A stretch of 64,000 bases of DNA from an uncultured Bacteroidota bacterium. Lineage in GTDB: Bacteria; Bacteroidota; Bacteroidia; UKL13-3. This document shows positions 49,324 through 59,428 of this stretch, one piece after another. The notes under the pieces are model-generated. The model saw nothing but the letters and a program-made list of their open reading frames with translations. It did not search any database and was not told the origin of the DNA. The DNA lies in assembly GCA_903850915.1 (NCBI GenBank), contig CAINMV010000034.1, forward strand, positions 37-64,036, in the 5' to 3' direction. The position numbers and the translations under genes are program-made. Positions within the stretch are counted from its first letter, which is position 1, and the number at the start of each line of letters is the position of its first letter.

Positions 49324-50517
49324 TTAATTCCTTAATTTTCTTAATAGGGCCCCATACATTGTATCGGCATTTCGGTTGTATCCAATGAAGTATCGTTCAT
49401 GTTCTAACTCCAATCCCAGTTCTCTGATGTAGGCTACATTCTCGGCATTCTCTTGTTTGTAAACAGAGCAGGTGATATAAATTAACTGACCTCCTACTTT
49501 TAAATAACGAATTGCATTTGCAACAACACTTCTTTGAATACTCGAATATACCTCGACTTCTGCTTCTTTAAATTGATATAAACGTTCTGGATTACGACCC
49601 CATGTGCCACTACCAGAGCATGGCACATCTGCCAATATTAGATCAAAATATCCTTCCCTAACCATTTCATTATTGAATGTGAGGCCCGATCTATTTTTAA
49701 CCACATCAAAAACCTGCACTCCTTTGGGTTCTAAGCCCTTTTTCTGAAATCGTATCTTCAGGTTTTCTAAAATACTTATTCTTTTGTCGCTACAATATAA
49801 ATTCAATTCTGGATAAGCCTCCATGAGCATCAAACTCTTGCCACCAGCTCCACTACAACAATCCCAAATTCTTTCCTTTCCCTTCAGCGTGAAAAGTTCG
49901 ATTGTTTTTTGAGATGAATAATCTTGCACTTCAAAGCTTGACTCCGGCAAGAATTTGGATAAATCGAATTGCGATTCAAAGGCAAAGGAATTCCCTTCCT
50001 GCTTAAAAAGCACCTGCTGTTGATTGAGCATCACCACCACTTCGGGTACCCTTTTTTGTGGCACGCGAATAAAAAATTCGGGTTGAGAAAAATGCGACAA
50101 TAAAAACGGTTTAGAATCTAGAGCCGCATCTACATTTTCGGATGCTGGAAAATAATTTAATAACGAAACTTTGCCTGCACCTTCCAACAACTCCAACTTC
50201 TCTGATAACGAATAACTCCAATAAGATTCAAGAGGCAATGCAATATTATGAACAGCAATGAGATACTTATAAAAATCAGATGGCTCAGGAGTAGTGATAA
50301 AGCCACTATAGCATAGCTTTTCTTCAAAAGGCAATTTGTCAAACAACGTTTTACATCGAAAATATTTATAGACTACATCGCTGTAAAAGCGGCGATCACG
50401 AGAACCGAATTGCCGATGTTTCTTATAAAATTCTTTTAAGAAAAAATGCACTGGGATGTCGTCGGAATACGCTGTAAGTATTTGCCTTACAATATCCAAT
50501 TGTATGAGGGCGCGCAT
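49324..50517 (-). CDS. RsmB/RsmF-family RNA cytosine-C5 methyltransferase (NOL1/NOP2/Sun)
   Basis: SAM-binding motif DCCSGAGGKS and catalytic motif DVPCSGSG. The internal Met at 50517 overlaps the upstream stop as TAATG. Confidence 0.75.
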   Translation of the reverse strand: MRALIQLDIVRQILTAYSDDIPVHFFLKEFYKKHRQFGSRDRRFYSDVVYKYFRCKTLFDKLPFEEKLCYSGFITTPEPSDFYKYLIAVHNIALPLESYWSYSLSEKLELLEGAGKVSLLNYFPASENVDAALDSKPFLLSHFSQPEFFIRVPQKRVPEVVVMLNQQQVLFKQEGNSFAFESQFDLSKFLPESSFEVQDYSSQKTIELFTLKGKERIWDCCSGAGGKSLMLMEAYPELNLYCSDKRISILENLKIRFQKKGLEPKGVQVFDVVKNRSGLTFNNEMVREGYFDLILADVPCSGSGTWGRNPERLYQFKEAEVEVYSSIQRSVVANAIRYLKVGGQLIYITCSVYKQENAENVAYIRELGLELEHERYFIGYNRNADTMYGALLRKLRN

Positions 50518-51725
50518 TAGTATTGCCTGAAAAGTTTTAAGTGGTCGTATCGCCAAACACTATGATAACCATTAAAAACACCTAAGCTTGAAGGGTCTTG
50601 ACTAAAATAGAAGCCAGAAACCTCATTTACATATTCTTTATTCATCGATTCTGTAAGCCAATCTTCACCAGAGGAAAACGCATTCAATAAAAACATGATG
50701 TCATTATATCCTTTATAGGTAAACTCCGCCGGATCTTCATTATACGACTCCATAATTTTCTTGCGCAATTGACCCGTACGCTCTTCCTCGTAATTCACAA
50801 AAAAGCGCGATAAGAATTTTACGTGTAATGAGTCCCATAATTCAAATAGGGGTATTTCCGATTCTAAAATCGCCTCCATGCAATACACTTCCGGTGATGA
50901 ATCAATGAGTTTCGCTATTTGACCCAATGCATTATTCGCATAATAGTTATTTTTAGTATTGATGAAGAAAACATAAGATTTCGATTTTTTTAGTCGATTT
51001 GCGAAATTGCTATTTTCCTTTGCAGCAATATCCAAAAGCATCACGCCAGAGGTATCGATTGCGCCTGCCAAATTTATTTTAATCAAACTATCTATTTCAC
51101 GAGATTCCTTGCCCGCTTTGCCATCTTTACTGCTATGAATAAGAACAATTTTTTTTCCTTGAGTACTGTATTCCTTTGAAAAGTAGAAGGCAAAAAAGTT
51201 AGCAAATGCGATCGAATTTTTCTGAGAAGAAATTACATTATTAAGCCTTTTAGAAGAAAAATCCTTTTCAAACGGCAAGTACATTTTCGTTTTCCGTTTC
51301 TGGATTATTGGAATTGCCATCTCCACTCCGCTTTTAAAGATGGGGCCAATGAGAACATCGAGATCTCTATATTGATAACGATTGAGAAGGCCTTCTACAA
51401 TACTACTATCGAGCTCTGTATCTTCAACATAGAGATCAACAGATACCGAATTGGTTTTCTCTAATGAGTCAATGGCGACTTTCACTCCTGCCAAATAATC
51501 GAGGCTGGATAATGCAAATGCATGTTTCAATGAATTTGTGTCGGTTCCCTCTTTAAAAAAGGGAAGGAACAAACCTACTTTAATTTTTTTTGGTTTTATT
51601 GCTTTTGGTTTTGCACCAGGAGCATATACCTCCTGGATAGGCTTCTCTTCAATTTCGATTTGAGCCAGGCATGCATCAAACACCCAAAGAGACAAGCATA
51701 AAATAAAGATGAGTTTGCGTTTCAT
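50517..51725 (-). CDS. hypothetical lipoprotein, periplasmic-binding-protein-like
   Basis: Lipobox DAC after a signal peptide. Co-directional with, and abutting, guaA and the methyltransferase. Confidence 0.45.
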   Translation of the reverse strand: MKRKLIFILCLSLWVFDACLAQIEIEEKPIQEVYAPGAKPKAIKPKKIKVGLFLPFFKEGTDTNSLKHAFALSSLDYLAGVKVAIDSLEKTNSVSVDLYVEDTELDSSIVEGLLNRYQYRDLDVLIGPIFKSGVEMAIPIIQKRKTKMYLPFEKDFSSKRLNNVISSQKNSIAFANFFAFYFSKEYSTQGKKIVLIHSSKDGKAGKESREIDSLIKINLAGAIDTSGVMLLDIAAKENSNFANRLKKSKSYVFFINTKNNYYANNALGQIAKLIDSSPEVYCMEAILESEIPLFELWDSLHVKFLSRFFVNYEEERTGQLRKKIMESYNEDPAEFTYKGYNDIMFLLNAFSSGEDWLTESMNKEYVNEVSGFYFSQDPSSLGVFNGYHSVWRYDHLKLFRQY

Positions 51726-51749
51726 AGTTTGGTTACTAACAATTAACAA

Positions 51750-53288
51750 TTACTCCCACTCGATGGTAGCCGGAGGCTTTGAACTAATATCATAAACCAC
51801 TCGGTTAACTCCTTTTACCTTATTAATAATCTCACTGCTAATTTTTGCTAACAGTTCATAAGGCAAATGTACCCAATCGGCAGTCATTCCGTCGCTGCTA
51901 TGCACGGCGCGCAATGCAAGAACATTTTCATAGGTACGTTCGTCGCCCATTACGCCAACACTTTTAATTGGAGTTAAAATGGCTCCCGCTTGCCAAATTT
52001 TATCATACCATCCACTCTCCAATAAATTTTCCATATAAATAGCATCGGCCTCTTGTAATATTTTCACTTTCGCTTCGGTTATATCTCCCAAAATACGAAC
52101 GCCAAAGCCAGGCCCCGGAAATGGATGTCGTTTTAGCAATCCATTATTTATTCCCATCGCCTTTCCAACCTTCCTCACTTCATCTTTAAAAAGCAATCGA
52201 AGTGGCTCCACGATCTTCATGTTCATCTTCTCTGGTAATCCTCCTACATTATGGTGAGATTTGATGGTGGCGCTTGGTCCATTTACAGAAACCGATTCTA
52301 TCACATCAGGATAAATTGTACCTTGACCTAGCCATTTAATATCAACCAATTTCTTCGCTTCCTCGTCAAATATTTCGATAAATGTCCGTCCAATTATTTT
52401 CCGCTTCTGCTCTGGATCAGTTACTCCTTTTAATGCATCATAAAATTTCTGTTTCGCGTCTATCGCCTTTATATTCAAGCCCAAATGTTTGTAGTTTTCA
52501 ATCACCTCCTCCATCTCATTCTTACGCATTAAGCCGTTGTCCACAACAATGCAATGTAACTGTTTTCCAATAGCATGATGAAGCAATACAGCAGCAACGG
52601 TGCTATCTACACCACCACTTAATGCCATCACTACATTATCTGAATTTAATTTTGATTTAAGGTCCGCTATTGTTTCATTAATGAAATGCTCGGGGGTAAA
52701 ATCGGGAGTACATCCACAAATATTAAAAACGAAATTTTCAAGAAGTAAACTGCCTTCTTTGCTGTGCGTAACTTCCGGATGGAATTGTATGCCGTAGGTA
52801 TCTTCGTTATTGATTTTAAAGGCTGCTACTGGAATAGAATCTGAAGAAGCTAAAAGTTCAAAAGTATTGGGAATAGCAGCAATAGTATCTGCGTGGCTCA
52901 TCCAAACTTCAGATGGGTTGCTAATGCCTTTAAACAAGGCACTTGGGGCTTCAGTCTTAATCTGCGCTCTTCCATATTCCCTTAAATTTGAAGGTGCCAC
53001 ATGGCCGCCTTCTGTTTGAGCGAGCAGCTGTGCGCCATAGCATATGCCGAGCAAGGGTTTTATTCCTTTTATTGCCAACAAATCTGGCTTAGGCGCCCCC
53101 TCCTGCCGCACAGAAAAAGGGCTACCTGAAAGTATTACACCCTTGATATTAAAATCAGAAAAATCCGTGGTGCTGATTTTATTCCAGGGTAAAATTTCAC
53201 AATACACCTGCATTTCGCGAACCCTGCGGGCGATCAATTGTGTATATTGCGAACCGAAATCGAAGATAAGAATGCTGCTAGACGCCAT
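51750..53288 (-). CDS. guaA: GMP synthase (glutamine-hydrolysing)
   Basis: GATase1 domain plus the ATP-PPase SGGVDS motif; 512 aa. Confidence 0.95.
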   Translation of the reverse strand: MASSSILIFDFGSQYTQLIARRVREMQVYCEILPWNKISTTDFSDFNIKGVILSGSPFSVRQEGAPKPDLLAIKGIKPLLGICYGAQLLAQTEGGHVAPSNLREYGRAQIKTEAPSALFKGISNPSEVWMSHADTIAAIPNTFELLASSDSIPVAAFKINNEDTYGIQFHPEVTHSKEGSLLLENFVFNICGCTPDFTPEHFINETIADLKSKLNSDNVVMALSGGVDSTVAAVLLHHAIGKQLHCIVVDNGLMRKNEMEEVIENYKHLGLNIKAIDAKQKFYDALKGVTDPEQKRKIIGRTFIEIFDEEAKKLVDIKWLGQGTIYPDVIESVSVNGPSATIKSHHNVGGLPEKMNMKIVEPLRLLFKDEVRKVGKAMGINNGLLKRHPFPGPGFGVRILGDITEAKVKILQEADAIYMENLLESGWYDKIWQAGAILTPIKSVGVMGDERTYENVLALRAVHSSDGMTADWVHLPYELLAKISSEIINKVKGVNRVVYDISSKPPATIEWE

Positions 53289-53350
53289 AATATATTAAAA
53301 CGCGAAATTAGAAAATAAAAAACACCTGCCGTTTAATTTTTGTTATTACT

Positions 53351-54394
53351 ATGCACATTATTGAAATTGACACCCTCTTGGCACAAAAAAACTCCATTTG
53401 CGTGGTTGATGTGCGTTCGGAAGGAGAATTTAATCAAGGGCATATTGAAGGTGCAATTAATATCCCTTTGCTTAACAATGAAGAACGTGTAAAAGTTGGC
53501 ACTACTTACAAAGAAAAAGGCAATGAAGCGGCTGTATTACTTGGCTATGAGCTCGTTGGAAGTAAGTTTAGTGCCATAATACACAGCATTAAACTTGCCG
53601 CGCCATCCAAGCACGTAATTGTTCATTGTTGGCGAGGCGGCCTTAGAAGCCGGATTGTTTGTCAATTGCTTGAAAACGCAGGATTCCAGGTATCTCAATT
53701 GAAAGGAGGCTATAAATCTTATCGCCATTGGGTGCTTCAACTGCTATCCGTTGAACTTCCATTGCATGTTATTGGCGGCCTTACGGGAAGTGGGAAAACG
53801 GCTCTTCTTCATGAGTTACATCAAAAAGGAGAACAAATTATTGATCTAGAAGGACTTGCAAGCCACAAGGGATCGACGTTTGGGGGGATAGGGCAGGCTC
53901 CACAACCTACACAAGAGCATTTTGAAAATAAATTGGCCGAAGTTGTAAAGAAACTTGATTTATCCAAACGCATTTGGATTGAAGATGAGAGCCGGATGAT
54001 AGGCACCATTGCACTTCCATTGAAACTTTGGGAATGCCTTCGCTACAATATACTTTACGAGCTTAACGTTCACTTCGAATATAGGTTGCAGCGCATTATT
54101 GTTGAATATTGCAGCCTGCCAAAAAACATACTTGAAGAAAAAACATCGTTGCTACGCAAACGCCTCGGCGATCTTCGATTGAAAGAAGTTTTAATATTTT
54201 TACAAGAAGGCAACATGCACGCTTGGGCTGAGGCTTTGCTTGTTTATTATGATAAAAGCTATCATTACGGCCAAAGTAAACGGGATTCTCGCAAAAGGGT
54301 AAAACTCGACTTTCGAGGCTCACCATCTGCCTCAATATTTTTAACGCAAGCAGAACAATTACAGATCTCGATAGATCAGGTAATGGATACGTAA
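53351..54394 (+). CDS. selU: tRNA 2-selenouridine synthase (rhodanese + P-loop)
   Basis: N-terminal rhodanese domain with active-site Cys (VHCWRGGLRS) and a Walker A motif (GGLTGSGKT). Confidence 0.8.
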   Translation: MHIIEIDTLLAQKNSICVVDVRSEGEFNQGHIEGAINIPLLNNEERVKVGTTYKEKGNEAAVLLGYELVGSKFSAIIHSIKLAAPSKHVIVHCWRGGLRSRIVCQLLENAGFQVSQLKGGYKSYRHWVLQLLSVELPLHVIGGLTGSGKTALLHELHQKGEQIIDLEGLASHKGSTFGGIGQAPQPTQEHFENKLAEVVKKLDLSKRIWIEDESRMIGTIALPLKLWECLRYNILYELNVHFEYRLQRIIVEYCSLPKNILEEKTSLLRKRLGDLRLKEVLIFLQEGNMHAWAEALLVYYDKSYHYGQSKRDSRKRVKLDFRGSPSASIFLTQAEQLQISIDQVMDT

Positions 54395-54541
54395 TCGATA
54401 AATTGTGGCTTTTGATTAAATTGAGACAGAATAAATTGTCATAAATTAATAGGATAGACAAAAAATCAGACTTTTTTCAGTAATTTTACAAAAGATTGTA
54501 AAAAAATTGTTTACTTGCAACCTTAAGATTATCTGAATATC

Positions 54542-55363
54542 ATGAAAAGCACTTTACTTATTGCCTTAACCTTTGTTTCCTTTATTGCGAGAGCACAGTA
54601 TTATGGTTTCGCTAATTCCGGTTTGGAAAACTGGACAAACAACACAACACTTTCCGATTGGACCTTAGGTGGTGGTAGTATCACTAAGGTGCAACATGTA
54701 AAAGACGGAGCATTTGGTGGTGCGTTGAAAAATGAAGCGGCATCTGCTGGTAAGTTGTCTGTTGCTTTTCCATTTACAGCAAGAGTTACAAGAGCCTTCT
54801 TCGATTATAAATTTGCCTTAGGTAGCGCAACTGCCGCAGATACGTGTTTGGTTGATATTGTATTAACTAAATGGAACACAAGCACAAGTTCACGTGAAGT
54901 GATAGCGCGTATCATAAGAACAGGAACAATCACTGATTTCTCATGGCAAACATTCAGCTATCCGTTCACCTATTTCAGCCCTGCAGCCCCAGACAGCTGT
55001 TTTATTGTGGCAAGTTCCTCAATCAATAGCGGATATAACGTAAACACCGTTTTGAATATCGATAACTTTGCATTTCAGGCACCTTCAGGTATTGCAACTA
55101 CTGCTGCAAAAAGCATAACAAGCATCTATCCTAACCCTGTTAAATCAAATGCAACCATCACTTATGATTTAAAGAAAGATTCAAAAGTTACTATCAATAT
55201 CAGCGACATAACTGGTAAAGTTGTTGCTTCATACAACATGGAGAAATCAACTGGAACACAACAAGAACAAATCAACTTCGAATCGTTCAAGTCGGGAATT
55301 TACTTCTATGAAATAAAAACTGCTGACGACGTTAGAACAGGAAAGTTCACCATAAGTAAATAA
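54542..55363 (+). CDS. secreted hypothetical protein with T9SS C-terminal sorting domain
   Basis: Signal peptide present. The C-terminal ~80 aa match the T9SS CTD pattern. Confidence 0.65.
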   Translation: MKSTLLIALTFVSFIARAQYYGFANSGLENWTNNTTLSDWTLGGGSITKVQHVKDGAFGGALKNEAASAGKLSVAFPFTARVTRAFFDYKFALGSATAADTCLVDIVLTKWNTSTSSREVIARIIRTGTITDFSWQTFSYPFTYFSPAAPDSCFIVASSSINSGYNVNTVLNIDNFAFQAPSGIATTAAKSITSIYPNPVKSNATITYDLKKDSKVTINISDITGKVVASYNMEKSTGTQQEQINFESFKSGIYFYEIKTADDVRTGKFTISK

Positions 55364-55384
55364 TTTCCTAAAACAACATATTCA

Positions 55385-55421
55385 ACCTCGTAACAGATTT
55401 TTGTTGCGAGGTTTTTTTTTA
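55385..55421 (+). terminator. rho-independent terminator
   Basis: 12-bp stem AACCTCGTAACA/TGTTGCGAGGTT followed by a T9 run. Confidence 0.75.
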
Positions 55422-55427
55422 TCACTC

Positions 55428-56423
55428 ATGAAGATAGACATCCATGCTCACATTTTGCCAGAAACATGGCCCGATTTAAAACAACGTTATGGGTACGGTG
55501 GTTTTGTATATATGGATCATCATAAAACTGGCAGTGCTCGAATGATGAAGGACGATGGACGTTTTTTTCGCGAGGTTCAAGAAAACTGTTGGAATCCTGA
55601 GCTGATTTACGAAGACATGCAACAACATCATGTCGATAAAATGGTGCTATGCACCGTGCCTGTGCTTTTTAATTATTGGGCCAAACCAGAAGATGGCCTC
55701 GATTGGTGTCGATTTTTAAACGATCATATTGCCAATGTACAAAATAGGCAGCCCGACCGTTTTGTTGCCTTAGGAACACTTCCAATGCAGGATATAGAAC
55801 GTAGCATCTTAGAAATGCGCCGTTGCAAGGAGCAGCTTGGCATCCGAGGATTTGAAATCGGCAGCCATGTCGAAAATAAAAATCTCGACGACAAAAGTTT
55901 CTTCCCGCTTTGGGAAGCCGCAGAAGCCTTAGATGTAGCTATATTTGTTCATCCATGGGATATGATGGGGCAAGAAAGGATGCCTTCATTTTTCCTACCT
56001 TGGCTTGTTGGTATGCCTGCCGAAACAAGCCTTGCCATTTGCAGTATGATTTTTGGTGGTGTATTTGATGCATTTCCAAAGTTACGTGTGATGTTTGCCC
56101 ATGGTGGTGGGTCGTTCCCATTTACCGTTGGACGAATTAGCCATGGCTGGCATGCTCGCCCTGACCTTTGCAATATCAACGAAATTAAAGACCCTAAATC
56201 CTATATAGGTAAATTTTGGATTGACGGCATAACGCATGATGATGAGGCGCTTAAGTTTTTATTGCATCTTTTTGGTGCAGACAAAATCGCCTATGGCACT
56301 GATTACCCTTTCCCTCTAGGCGATTTAGAACATGGCAAATTCATAGAACAAATGCCCGAGCTCTCCTCAGAAATTAAGGAGCAACTGCTATCAAAAACCG
56401 CTATTGAATTCTTGAAATTATAA
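55428..56423 (+). CDS. amidohydrolase-2 family metal-dependent decarboxylase (ACMSD-like)
   Basis: N-terminal HxH (IDIHAH) plus HPWD and FAHGGG motifs typical of the ACMSD / 5-carboxyvanillate / IDCase family. Start chosen at MKIDIHAH (55428). Confidence 0.7.
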   Translation: MKIDIHAHILPETWPDLKQRYGYGGFVYMDHHKTGSARMMKDDGRFFREVQENCWNPELIYEDMQQHHVDKMVLCTVPVLFNYWAKPEDGLDWCRFLNDHIANVQNRQPDRFVALGTLPMQDIERSILEMRRCKEQLGIRGFEIGSHVENKNLDDKSFFPLWEAAEALDVAIFVHPWDMMGQERMPSFFLPWLVGMPAETSLAICSMIFGGVFDAFPKLRVMFAHGGGSFPFTVGRISHGWHARPDLCNINEIKDPKSYIGKFWIDGITHDDEALKFLLHLFGADKIAYGTDYPFPLGDLEHGKFIEQMPELSSEIKEQLLSKTAIEFLKL

Positions 56424-56425
56424 GG

Positions 56426-57094
56426 TTAATTCCAACTCACCCTTGGCATCCAGCCAGCAAAAGTCATCACCATCGTTTGCTTGGAATTAATCCAAAAGGG
56501 ATGCTTTTGTGGAGTGAACTTTCGTGGGTTTGGAAAACAAGATACAATCATTGAAGCTTCGCTTAGGCTTAACTTTGAGGCTGGTTTTTTATAATAATTT
56601 AATGCTGCCGACTCAATACCGTAAATACCATCTCCCATCTCGATGATATTTAAATAAACCTCCATTATTCTTCTTTTATTCCAAAATGCCTCCAGCTCAA
56701 CGGTAAAATAGGTTTCAAATATTTTTCGCACCCAGCTGCGCACTGGCAAAAGGAATAGATTCTTAGCACACTGCTGGCTAATACCACTTCCTCCACGCAA
56801 TTGCTTCTTATATTTTTTACTATCATTGTAGGCCTTCTTTATGGCATCAAAATCAAAACCATGATGCTTTAGAAAATTAGGATCTTCTGAAGCCATTGCA
56901 GAATAATACACATTAGGATTAATGTTTTTTATAGGTTCCCAATCGTGTGAAGGAAGTTTTAAACGATAAATCATAATAGGCGTAATCTTGACTGGCACAA
57001 TCCGATACAGAAGCACTAGGATTAACGTGGATAAAAATATAAAAGTAGCGATATTTAGAGCCCAACGTACAAATATTTTAAAAAATTCCTTCAT
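56426..57094 (-). CDS. mtgA: monofunctional biosynthetic peptidoglycan transglycosylase
   Basis: GT51 motifs (GGSGISQQ); 222 aa. Confidence 0.85.
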   Translation of the reverse strand: MKEFFKIFVRWALNIATFIFLSTLILVLLYRIVPVKITPIMIYRLKLPSHDWEPIKNINPNVYYSAMASEDPNFLKHHGFDFDAIKKAYNDSKKYKKQLRGGSGISQQCAKNLFLLPVRSWVRKIFETYFTVELEAFWNKRRIMEVYLNIIEMGDGIYGIESAALNYYKKPASKLSLSEASMIVSCFPNPRKFTPQKHPFWINSKQTMVMTFAGWMPRVSWN

Positions 57095-57098
57095 AATA

Positions 57099-59351
57099 TT
57101 AAAGCACTACAATATATTGAATCATAAAATAGCGTGGAGCTCCCAAATTTGCAGGTGCGTACATATATTCATGATTGGTGACATTTTTAAGAATAAACGC
57201 GAATGTAGAATTGTATTTCTTAATTTTATAGGATACCCTCAAATCAAAAATTAAATCACCATTGGCATGCAGTTCACGGTAACGCTTTACGCCTTTAATA
57301 AAATAATCTTGATTAAAAATATCATCGATATTGGTCATAAAACTATTGTAACGTACTGTTGCTCCAAAGGAAAGACTACGATACTCAAAATCGGCATTGA
57401 AGCGCACCAGATGGTTGTTCCGGTACTTAAGAAATCTGTCCGAAGGATTGATTGCATTTAGCGAATCTAGGTTTAATGGATTGATATAAGTATATCCTCC
57501 TGTTAAGGCAACCTTAGTTGCGCCTATTTTACCTTCAGCAGCCAATGAAGCTTCGACCCCACTTATCCTTGCATTGGTATAGTTTAGTGCCTTAAAACCC
57601 AAGTAAGGCAATGGGTTACCAAAATATCCTGGATAGGGAGGATAAATATTAAAAATAAATTCTATCATATTTGAGTAACGCGTTCTAAAAGCCGCAACAT
57701 CCGCCATACCTTTAAACTTACCAAACATAAACCCTTGTTTTAAAGCAATTTCAGCACCCCAACCACTTTCGGGTTGCAAGTTACTGTTCGGGAAAATATT
57801 TAGTGACCCCGATGAAGTGCTCGCATACAGCTCAGCAATTGAAGGCATTCTATAACCCTCACCCACACTAGCACGTATGTATGTCGCTTTAAAAACATGC
57901 CAATTTAAACCAGCACGGAGCACCTTAATAAAACGCCTTTCGAGTGTATCCACTCTAAAATATTCTGCTCGTGTTCCAACACTAAATAGCACTTTTTTGA
58001 GTTTGTAGTCAATTTGCAAATAGCTAGCCGCATTATCGGATGTTTTGTTTCCATAAATAGAGTCACTATGAATAGCAGAATAAGAATTTGAAGCTCCTAA
58101 TATTAGCTTCAATTCATTACCAATAGTATCGCCAAAGGCTTTTTGATATTGGTATTCATTGTAAATAAAACTCGCCCGATAATCATTCTTTCTGGAATCT
58201 ATTCCTTCATTGTCATTATAATAATATCTATTACGAAATGAATGGCGATGGCCTTTTGGTGTTGTGTAGGTTAGGAATGGGTCAACAGAAAAACGAGTAT
58301 TGTATTGCCTTGTAATTGTCCCCTCTCTCGGAATTGATGGATTACTATCGCTTAGCCAAATTAAAAAATTCTGGGTGTGTTGTTTGTAAAAATTAATATT
58401 TACGCCACCCAATAACCCTTGCACCTTTTTAAAATGGTATCTATAGTTAGTTGTGATTCGCCCATACGATGTATTCTCATCTTTTCGATATTGATTGTCG
58501 AGTACCAAGGCTCCCGACATGGTGAGATCGTGGTTACCAATTTTACGACTATGATTAAGATATAAACCATGATTGAAAATTGGAGAGGTATTAAAATTAT
58601 AATATAGCTTGGCGTAATTGTCATACATCCCTGTAAAAACGCGAATTTTTGTTTCCGGCTTTTCTTTGGGCGAAGCTGTCCGAATATTAATGACGCCGCC
58701 TAAAGCACTACTGCCGAAAAGTGCTGATGAGGCCCCTTTAATTACTTCCACCTGTTGAATATTTTCGGTAGGAAGGAAATCCCATTTTATATCTCCAGCT
58801 TCCGGGCTAAGAATAGGAAGATCGTCGATGAGCATCAGCACACGGCTTCCTGCGCCGTAACTAAAGCCACTGCCACCTCGAATATTCACTTGTCCCTTTA
58901 CCACATTCACACCTGAAACCTGCTCCACTGCCGTTTGCATGTTAATATTTCCAGAGGCTTCTACCAGTTTAGGCTTCAGGGTCTCTAATGAGCTTGTTAC
59001 CTCGGAGATCTTTTGTTCGAATTTTGATGCTGTAACCACCACCTCATCCAAATTACTATTTCCAATTTCCATCATCACATACACAAAAATGGCGTTGCTC
59101 CCATCTGCAATAGCCTTTGTAAGTGTTTCATAGCCTAACCTTTTAAACACAAGTGTATTTGGTCGAAAGGAGAGACTCATTTCGAATGTTCCTGCCGAAT
59201 CGGTTATCGCACTTCTGTTTCCAGCGGTTACAATAACACTTTGCAGCGGAAGCTTGGTAATTTCTTCTGTGACTTTGCCTTGCACGGTAGTTGTTTGCGC
59301 AACAGACACGTGCATTAAAAAACACAAAAAAACAAAGAGATATTTTCGCAT
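57099..59351 (-). CDS. TonB-dependent outer-membrane receptor with N-terminal carboxypeptidase-regulatory-like domain
   Basis: Signal peptide, plug domain and a 22-strand barrel-length body. C-terminal aromatic residue present. Confidence 0.8.
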   Translation of the reverse strand: MRKYLFVFLCFLMHVSVAQTTTVQGKVTEEITKLPLQSVIVTAGNRSAITDSAGTFEMSLSFRPNTLVFKRLGYETLTKAIADGSNAIFVYVMMEIGNSNLDEVVVTASKFEQKISEVTSSLETLKPKLVEASGNINMQTAVEQVSGVNVVKGQVNIRGGSGFSYGAGSRVLMLIDDLPILSPEAGDIKWDFLPTENIQQVEVIKGASSALFGSSALGGVINIRTASPKEKPETKIRVFTGMYDNYAKLYYNFNTSPIFNHGLYLNHSRKIGNHDLTMSGALVLDNQYRKDENTSYGRITTNYRYHFKKVQGLLGGVNINFYKQHTQNFLIWLSDSNPSIPREGTITRQYNTRFSVDPFLTYTTPKGHRHSFRNRYYYNDNEGIDSRKNDYRASFIYNEYQYQKAFGDTIGNELKLILGASNSYSAIHSDSIYGNKTSDNAASYLQIDYKLKKVLFSVGTRAEYFRVDTLERRFIKVLRAGLNWHVFKATYIRASVGEGYRMPSIAELYASTSSGSLNIFPNSNLQPESGWGAEIALKQGFMFGKFKGMADVAAFRTRYSNMIEFIFNIYPPYPGYFGNPLPYLGFKALNYTNARISGVEASLAAEGKIGATKVALTGGYTYINPLNLDSLNAINPSDRFLKYRNNHLVRFNADFEYRSLSFGATVRYNSFMTNIDDIFNQDYFIKGVKRYRELHANGDLIFDLRVSYKIKKYNSTFAFILKNVTNHEYMYAPANLGAPRYFMIQYIVVL

Positions 59352-59428
59352 CGTGTTTAGTGAAATTTATTTTAAAAGAGTCAAAACTAAAGATATTTTT
59401 GCTATTGAAAAATAAAATAAAAATTTCG

